Source: a virus (lineage: Duplodnaviria > Heunggongvirae > Uroviricota > Caudoviricetes). From it: a DNA stretch of 64,000 nt. The position numbers were made by a program, and so were the translations under genes. The stretch lies in the IMG/VR virus record IMGVR_UViG_3300021475_000005; one strand, given 5' to 3'. Positions 57,293 to 64,000 of this stretch are shown one piece after another (position 1 is the stretch's first letter; every line of letters begins with the position of its first letter). The notes beneath the pieces are model-generated. The model did not search any database, was not told where the DNA came from, and worked only from the letters and a program-made list of their open reading frames with translations.

Positions 57293-59451
57293 GGTGCTTT
57301 CTTCTCTTGTTTGGGTTGTGATTCTTTGAGTAGTTCGGCGAGACGTTTCTCAGCCGCAAGACGTTTTTTCTGTTCGACGAGCATGTCGTTCTTTAAAAAA
57401 CTATTCTGTTCTTTATGGTGTGTAATGTTTGCAAGGTATAAATTTTCTTCTTCTAAGGCCAACGCCATGACTTTGCGGACGGACTGCTCTATCTCGATAA
57501 AAGCTTGCACACATGACCGGAGTTGGAAATAATTCATTATGAGGACGAAAGCCTCAATAACGCAAATTCCCCCTAGAATTCCGACGAGCATCTCATCCGA
57601 CCTGAATTGTGATCTCTGGAAGAAGTTCGAGAGGTAATAGCTCGGACTTATTCAGGAATTCGGCCACCTCTTGATTGTTGAGACGTTGCGCGATCAGCGA
57701 TCCATCGGATAACGACGTGATCGTTCGATTTGCTGGAGCGTCATGTATGGTTCGCGGCTCAATCGAAGCGTCATATCCAATGATTAGTGTCTCGCTCGTT
57801 CCCGGTTTTCGGGCGCGGCGTCCGCACTTTATATCTGAGATTTCCCACGTGACTTTCATGGCAGACCTTCGAGGTTAACGATCCCTACCATTGGCTGGCG
57901 TGGGTTGTCAACTACCCCTCCTGAATCTCACGCACACTACCGAACCACGTAAATTGGTCAAGTCTTGCCGGGAAGGTCACGCCGAAGCGCCAAACATGTG
58001 CATCCCGATGAAAAGCGACCTCGACGATTTCGATGTTTCCATCTTCTTCCTCGTCGAATCTGGCGTAGTAGCAGCCATCTTTGGTCGGCGTTTCGCTTGG
58101 CTTTCTATATTCTATCACTCGCAGGTCTCCGGATAACAGGGAATCATTTCACAGAAGTTGCCGTCCACGATGGCACACTCCCCACATACAAGCTTCCCAT
58201 CGTGAAGGAAAGGCTGCGGATGGTCACAATAGCAGGGACAGTGCGCATGCTGGCAACCCTTCTCGCGGCACCAGATTTCATAATCGCTGAGGGCTCTTCC
58301 GCCATCCGGATTTAATGACATGATCTGGTGTGCACCGACGAGTAGCCCAAACATAGCAGCCTCCCTGATGTCATAGTTAAGGACAGTTTCTGTCGGATGT
58401 CAATCGGGAATTCTGAGTTTTCCGTAACGCTTCTTCTTGTAGTCATACCCAATTGCTATGTAAAAATCCCATATTGAAGAATGTTTGGTATAAGGAGCCG
58501 AAGGCTGACGCGGAATGCCTAGGTCTGCAAAGGTTTGTCGAACTCCGATTTTCTCAGTCATGTAATCGTAGAATTGAATTACATAGAACCAGCGTCCCAA
58601 TTTATCCCGACGACGATGTCGAACGTTTAATCTATCTCGTTCTCTCCCGCGAAACGCCTCTAAACTTAAAATGGAGCGATAGCCTCCGGGAGCATGACTT
58701 CGTGGGCAACGAACGAAATGTATATGCCGCAAGTGTGTGCCATCAAATTCTTTTGCGACGAATGTCATGAAATCCTTCATGGCGAAGGGTATTCCATTGG
58801 GTTGTAACAATCTGGGCATATCCCAAATGCTGGCGGACGCGGGCTCCATATCTGGACCCATCCTCCGTTGTCACAACGCGCGCAATAATCCGCTAATCGT
58901 TCTTCCTCCGGATTTTGTAGGCGCTTTAAGTTCTTCGCGATTAACGCGAAGTCGTCCGCGATATTACCCATTCGTCAATGACGTTTTTCAGAAGACTTGG
59001 GCAGGAGTCCGCCATCCAAAGGGCCTAGAAGCTCGGCAATCGTATTGATGAGATGACCAACATGGACTTCGATTCCGGCTTTGATGCCGTCTGGTGTTTC
59101 ATGGGCTATGATGGTCCATTGGGTGCCCATATAGACATCGGGAAACTGTGCGGCAGCCTGTGGGCTCTCTTGAGCCAGCTTTTCGCGAACCCTATCGACG
59201 ATAGCATTTGCGATCTCTTTGCGAATCCCCTCGGCTTTACCATGGTCGAGATCGGCTCGCCAGCAGTTCGAAAGACTGGCAAGTGTATCGGAAGCACCGA
59301 TCAGCGCCTGCATATTCGGAAAAGAAACGCACTGATCCTTTGGAAATCGGACGATGACTTCACTATCAGGGTCGGTGGCGGAAACTTCTATCATTTCAGC
59401 TTGCATGGGCCATCCTATAAGCTTTGAGTTGGGCGATTGTGGTCTCGGCAT
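57289..59451 (-). other. Small hypothetical ORFs
   Basis: 57289-57591 (TM plus coiled coil), 57593-57859, 57912-58118, 58115-58354, 58400-58861, 58777-58971 and 58975-59451. Confidence 0.5.
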
Positions 59452-60028
59452 CTACGTGGAGAATTGCGTAGCCACCGGCTGCGATCCAGTTCTCACAATT
59501 GGCTTTGCGATCATCGATGAGCAGTTGATGAGGACTATGCTTGCGATGCATGAATTCCTGTTTGCGCGCCGAAGTCGTGCATATAAAACGCGTATCCGGA
59601 ATAGGAATGCGTTCGTCTTTTAGAACTGGAACCGTCTCGCCAGCGTGCAGGACTTCATATGAGAGAGCTTGCGGTAGAAGCGTATATTCGGTCCAGTACC
59701 GCTTATGGTATGCAGCCCCCAGCCAGTAAGGATTCAAATAGTAGTCATCCTCAGTACTGCCGAATTTCGGAGCCGCCGTTACAATGATGGGATCGGCATC
59801 TTTTATGGTCCGATAAAGTTCGACCGCTCCGGGCATCAACGGCAAGTCGCGATAAAACTCTGTGCCGCGAATCGCCTCGTACATTACCCTTTTGAAGGGG
59901 TCTTTCGATCCTGACCGATTCAGTTCGTTCTTTTTTGCAGGATCAGGATTGAAGCCGAGATCGCGAATTCCTTCATCGTAATTTGCCATCACGCCATCGA
60001 GATCAAGATAGATCGCCAAATCTCTCAC
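59396..60028 (-). CDS. HAD-family 5'(3')-deoxyribonucleotidase-like protein
   Basis: IYLDLDGVMANY, LPLMPGA, TAAP, LLIDDR..N...W..AGG..ILH. Confidence 0.85.
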   Translation of the reverse strand: MRDLAIYLDLDGVMANYDEGIRDLGFNPDPAKKNELNRSGSKDPFKRVMYEAIRGTEFYRDLPLMPGAVELYRTIKDADPIIVTAAPKFGSTEDDYYLNPYWLGAAYHKRYWTEYTLLPQALSYEVLHAGETVPVLKDERIPIPDTRFICTTSARKQEFMHRKHSPHQLLIDDRKANCENWIAAGGYAILHVDAETTIAQLKAYRMAHAS

Positions 60029-60546
60029 CGGTAACCTCCGAAACGTCGCTGCCGTGGAGGAGAATATGCTGCCGATTTTCCACGATGCGGCGTATAGGCT
60101 TTTGCATCATGTGAGTCGCAGAAAGGCTTTCCTCTACTCGACTGCCCACAAAAGCGAATATCCTCGGTTTGCGAATCTCCAATCGGCCAACGACACATCC
60201 CATGCTCAAGCTGTTCCAGCGTCACTGGGAAATCAGGATCGGCGTCCGTTGACACGTCAACAGAAAATTTTGGCAACCCGTAATCATCCTCGTCCTCTTC
60301 TTTTTCTTCGGCGGGCTCTACGGAAATCTGAGCCTCGACAGTAGGTACGATTTTCTTTCGCGCGTTTGGGCGTTGCTTGTGAAGATTGCGCTGGAGTTTT
60401 TCTCCGAGGTTGAGGCGGTCTGCTTTACCTATGACCGCCCGTTTGGTTTTCCCGCACATGGTTCCGATATCGGTCGCCGATGTGCTCGTGGGCCATAGCT
60501 CGCGCAAGATTGCAACCTGTGCGTCCGTCCAATTCGTGGCAGTCAC
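60025..60546 (-). CDS. gcrA: GcrA cell-cycle regulator homologue
   Basis: WTD.....LRELW...SA..I.......AVIGKA.RL and C-terminal L..L....CRWPIGD......FCG......FC..H...AY; probable GTG start at 60546 with a GGAG RBS. Confidence 0.85.
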   Translation of the reverse strand: MTATNWTDAQVAILRELWPTSTSATDIGTMCGKTKRAVIGKADRLNLGEKLQRNLHKQRPNARKKIVPTVEAQISVEPAEEKEEDEDDYGLPKFSVDVSTDADPDFPVTLEQLEHGMCRWPIGDSQTEDIRFCGQSSRGKPFCDSHDAKAYTPHRGKSAAYSPPRQRRFGGYR

Positions 60547-60666
60547 ATTTATTCTCCGACTCGACCTGTCGGGATTCATAGCAGGTCCGGAGATTCGGTC
60601 AAGCCCCTATTTTTACGGGTAAATTTCCAGCCAAAGTCTCGATTTTTCCGCATTGGCTTTCATGGG

Positions 60667-60695
60667 TTGACAATGCCGTGAGATTTTCTTATAAG
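60667..60695 (+). promoter_or_regulatory. Strong sigma70-type promoter of the plus-strand block
   Basis: TTGACA-17 bp-TATAAG, followed by a GGGAGG RBS. Confidence 0.7.
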
Positions 60696-60714
60696 CTCCT
60701 CATCAACGAGGGAG

Positions 60715-61419
60715 GTGCCGATGTTCGGATACAGGCGCGACAATTGGAAAGAATTCAGAGAACGCGTCACCGAACTTAAGGCGCAGGGCATCGACGATGC
60801 AGCCGCACGCAAACAAGCCGGAGCCGAACGCGCAGCCAAGAAAGAAGCGCGCGCGAAAGAATTGGCGCTCCTCAAAGCGGAACGCGACGCAAAAGCGCTG
60901 ACGTGCCAAATCTGTGCGCGACCGATTCTTGCCAATACAGGCACGATTGCCCATCACGGATATGAACGTCCCGGTGATGGCTTTCAAACGGCCTCATGCT
61001 GGGGCGCACGCAAAGCGCCTTTTGAGGAGTCGTGTGTCGATCTCGTCAAAGAAATCGCTGGCAGCAAAGAACGTGTTGCAAATATGATCAAGGGACGCGC
61101 CAAGATCGCTGCGGAAGAAATTGCAATCCACGTGATGAAAGAATCTGAAAATTTGCAGGAACGTGGAAAGATGAAAAGCTTCATTATCAATCGTCAGAAT
61201 TTCGACGAACTGAGAGAAGCGAACAAGGATTTCTTTCGGTACTATTCGATGCCCAGTTTCGACAATCTGAAAGAACGCGAACTCGCCAATAGGGATCATA
61301 GTATCAAGAGTACGCAGTATTATATCAACTGGCAGGAAGGCCGTCTGGCAAAATGGAAACAGACGCTGCACTGGATCGAGCCGAAAGGCAAACAACTTGG
61401 CCGGTGGGCAAAAGTATAA
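60715..61419 (+). CDS. Hypothetical protein with Zn-finger-like segment
   Basis: CQIC...HHGY...C motif; strong RBS. Confidence 0.7.
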   Translation: MPMFGYRRDNWKEFRERVTELKAQGIDDAAARKQAGAERAAKKEARAKELALLKAERDAKALTCQICARPILANTGTIAHHGYERPGDGFQTASCWGARKAPFEESCVDLVKEIAGSKERVANMIKGRAKIAAEEIAIHVMKESENLQERGKMKSFIINRQNFDELREANKDFFRYYSMPSFDNLKERELANRDHSIKSTQYYINWQEGRLAKWKQTLHWIEPKGKQLGRWAKV

Positions 61420-62884
61420 GGGGAAGAATCGACATGGATGAAAGTAGGAATTTGAACGGCCTCGTCTACAAAGACTTCATATGGGGCGAAAGCTGGGGCG
61501 GACTTGGCGGAGGTGGGTACGGAATCAACATCGAGATTGCGTACACGCAACGCGAACTCGATAACGAAGATCGCTGGGCGATCAGATCGCATGTCGAAGC
61601 CATCGAAAATATTATCCGAGGACGCACTTACCGCGAAGACCCGAAGGTGATCGCAGCGTGCGCCGAGGAGAAAGCCCAACTCCTCGCGGCATTCGAAGGC
61701 CATCTCATCTACGCGAAAGCCGTTCCGAATGAATACTTTTCGTCCGATGAAATATACGGCCAGATGCATCCATGGTTTCTCGTCACGACGACGCGAGGGA
61801 TGATCAAGCTCGGGTGGCGCAAACGCGTCATCAATGTGGAATGGGATCAGTCCGATATTCCACAAGACGCCGTCAAACTTTTTACCGAAGATGTTACCAA
61901 GGGGCCGGGCTACATTCATTGCTACGGCTATGAAAGCTTGAGGCTGCATATACAGGCACTTCTCAGTTACGGTATCGATGCCAAAAAAGATTAAGCCTTC
62001 GAGGCCGGATGCTGCCCTGACTGACGATCAGTGGCATTCCCTTTGGAAAGACTTTCACGGGCATCAGACTGAAACGATTCGCGTCGAAAAGCTCGCACTT
62101 GAAAATGCGATCAAAGATTTTCGTAACGGGGAACTTCCGCCCGATTTGATCGTGCCAAAAGCACGCAAAGGCGGTGGCGAGACCATTATGGTTTATCGGG
62201 CTAAACTCTTCGAATTCCTTTGCGATTGCGGGAAAACCGACCATATTCGACGACACGGCATTTTGATCCGGCATTAATTTTTGGCTGCATCCGGTTGACA
62301 ATGGAGAAAAAGTAGGATAGACAGCCAGACAATAGAAAAGGTGGTGGATCGATGAAGAAAAAGAAGGCCGAGAATCTGTTTCACGTTGAGCATACGATGA
62401 GCGGCGAGCGCTATATCCGGTCTTTCGTTTTGAAAGGTCCTGCATTTGCATTCGCGGCCCGGCTTATAACGGTAGAGCAGATGAAGCGCTCAGTGGACAA
62501 AAGCGATCCGGTTGATGTGATTCACTATGTCCCAGCCGATCCGAATGTCCCCGATACAAAGGAAGATGTTCTCATCAGCAATCGCTGGTGGAAGCGCGTG
62601 CAGACATGGCGCTACAGCCGCGACGGCAGCATCGTGACAGCGTCGGGGGCAGCATGAGCGCTGCTGTATCGTTGAAAAAGGCCAATATTATCCCGCATCG
62701 TCTCGTCAATAAACGAAAGACGACCGCCTATCGCTACTGCCGTATTAAAGAGTTTCCGCTCGATGTATATCTATACGTCGAATACGGCAAAGACAATTGT
62801 GGGCACACGCTGATCTGCCAATGTGGCGATGAAAAGATCGCGCGTCTGATCGTTCGTGCGCTCAATCAATACGACAGGAAATAG
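61353..62884 (+). other. Four hypothetical ORFs
   Basis: 61353-61994, 61978-62277, 62352-62657 and 62588-62884. Confidence 0.6.
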
Positions 62885-63123
62885 AACGCGCCGGTAGTCA
62901 CCGGCTAATGAGGACCACAACCTCATGAAGAAGTGGGATGACACCCATAAAAAAGGCCTCGCTACTGGAACGTGCCGTGAAGGGGGACGCGTTACCTTCC
63001 ACATCGGAGAGCGTCGTAAGCTCGTTGAAAAATGTGGTTGGCCCGCCGCTTTTCTTGGCTTTCGTGGGTTGACAATCAAAAAGCGCCGGGTTAGGGTCCG
63101 TATATTGAACAAGGGAGGCGCAC

Positions 63124-64000
63124 ATGACCGACGAGATCGAAACAGGCTGGAGCCGTCCCGTTCGTGAAGGCGATGTCGCCGTCCTCGTCACGGTCAAAGA
63201 GGATTATCTCGGCCTCGTGCGCGAAGGTATCAAGAAATTCGCCAAGATCGCCTCTAGACACAAGCAGGCGTTCGGCATCATCAACACGCATCGCTTCATG
63301 GTCGAAAGGCGTCATCCGCTTATTTGGGATCGCGTAGTTCTCGTTCCTTATGTACGTCTCGGAATCCAGATGCCGCCGATGGTTGGCGAGAAAGGTGCCA
63401 TCCTCGCTCATTTTGAACGTTCCGAGGACGGCAAGACATTCTACGCCCATGTCTTTGATGAAGCGCGCCGAGCCGAAGCTGAATCCTTCACGCCGCGCCT
63501 CGGTGAGTGTGATCATTGTCGTACCAAGCGTTGGCGCAAAGACGTGTTCGTCTGCGAGACCAGTGAAGGCGTCAAGATCGTTGGCTCCAATTGCCTTCAC
63601 GATTTTCTCGGTATCGATCCGTTCTTTGCAGTCGAGATGCTGAATTTCGTGCGTTTCGCTGACAGTCCGAGTGAAGACGCCGAAGAGAAAATGCGTTCTT
63701 CGAGCATGCTCTTTAACCTCGATGAACTTGTGCAGGCTTGCTATCATGTCGCCAAATTCAATGGCGGCTATTCGCGTGAATGTCGCGAACAGATCAAAGG
63801 TGATCTCGCGCTGTTCCGTTCACAGAGAGCTTATAATGATTCCGATTCGCGCCGTCTGCGCGAATTGAATGATTTTCAGTGCCCGGAGCCGCTCAATCTC
63901 TATGCGCTCGTGGATTATGTGGAAAACGCGACCGGTGATTTCGGTTCAAACCTGCGTCTGGCTTTCAATCAGGAATACGTCGATGCGCGCCGCATGGGCC
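63124..64000 (+). CDS. Conserved large-phage protein (CDHC...VG.NCL.DFLG), runs off the window end
   Basis: Not in the ORF track because it has no stop in the window; GGGAGG RBS; MTDEIETGWS...CDHCRTKRWRKDVFVCETSEGVKIVGSNCLHDFLGIDP; promoter TTGACA-17-TAGGGT at 63069-63097. Confidence 0.8.
   Translation, partial: MTDEIETGWSRPVREGDVAVLVTVKEDYLGLVREGIKKFAKIASRHKQAFGIINTHRFMVERRHPLIWDRVVLVPYVRLGIQMPPMVGEKGAILAHFERSEDGKTFYAHVFDEARRAEAESFTPRLGECDHCRTKRWRKDVFVCETSEGVKIVGSNCLHDFLGIDPFFAVEMLNFVRFADSPSEDAEEKMRSSSMLFNLDELVQACYHVAKFNGGYSRECREQIKGDLALFRSQRAYNDSDSRRLRELNDFQCPEPLNLYALVDYVENATGDFGSNLRLAFNQEYVDARRMG

Noticed and set aside
63091-63747. 218-aa minus-strand ORF
   Set aside because: It is the antisense shadow of the plus-strand gene starting at 63124, which has an RBS, a promoter and conserved motifs.
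1-64000. tRNA, rRNA, DGR or retron elements
   Set aside because: By eye I found no convincing cloverleaf with a T-loop in intergenic gaps, no reverse transcriptase motif and no TR/VR pair. tRNAscan-SE and Infernal were not run, so a missed short RNA cannot be excluded.

Overview
This window is part of a large tailed-phage genome, almost certainly infecting an alphaproteobacterium (GcrA homologue, alphaproteobacterial-type CCA enzyme, perfect CtrA box). The gene content (intein-containing TerL, TerS, ClpP, RuvC, GcrA, long runs of small co-oriented ORFs) is reminiscent of phiCbK-like phages; that assignment is inference. Most genes are on the minus strand. From left to right: a packaging module (1-3957; TerL with a Pro1 intein, which the ORF track misses); an AT-rich, repeat-laden noncoding block (about 4020-4590); and about 55 kb of accessory genes. 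These include tRNA/RNA-repair-type enzymes (CCA enzyme, RlaP-like NTase, Pth2, an anticodon-domain-less GlyRS-like protein), two AAA ATPases, a SET protein, a GHKL-HExxH protein, ArdC, nucleotide-metabolism enzymes and several expanded paralogue families, among them a five-gene tandem array at 25948-27435. The clearest hidden structure is a 4408-bp IS1-family cargo transposon (13722-18129; 15/17 terminal IRs; 8-bp TSD CCATTCGC) that splits a C39-like peptidase gene. It carries a complete P1/P4-type C4 antisense-RNA switch whose leader ORF is translationally coupled to a pair of paralogous exported proteins instead of an antirepressor or kil gene. I also found a palindrome (TGTC-N9-GACA) six times at promoters and a recurrent GTTGACAAY promoter class. 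I found no tRNA genes or CRISPR array by eye. All family assignments come from manual motif recognition; no database searches were run.
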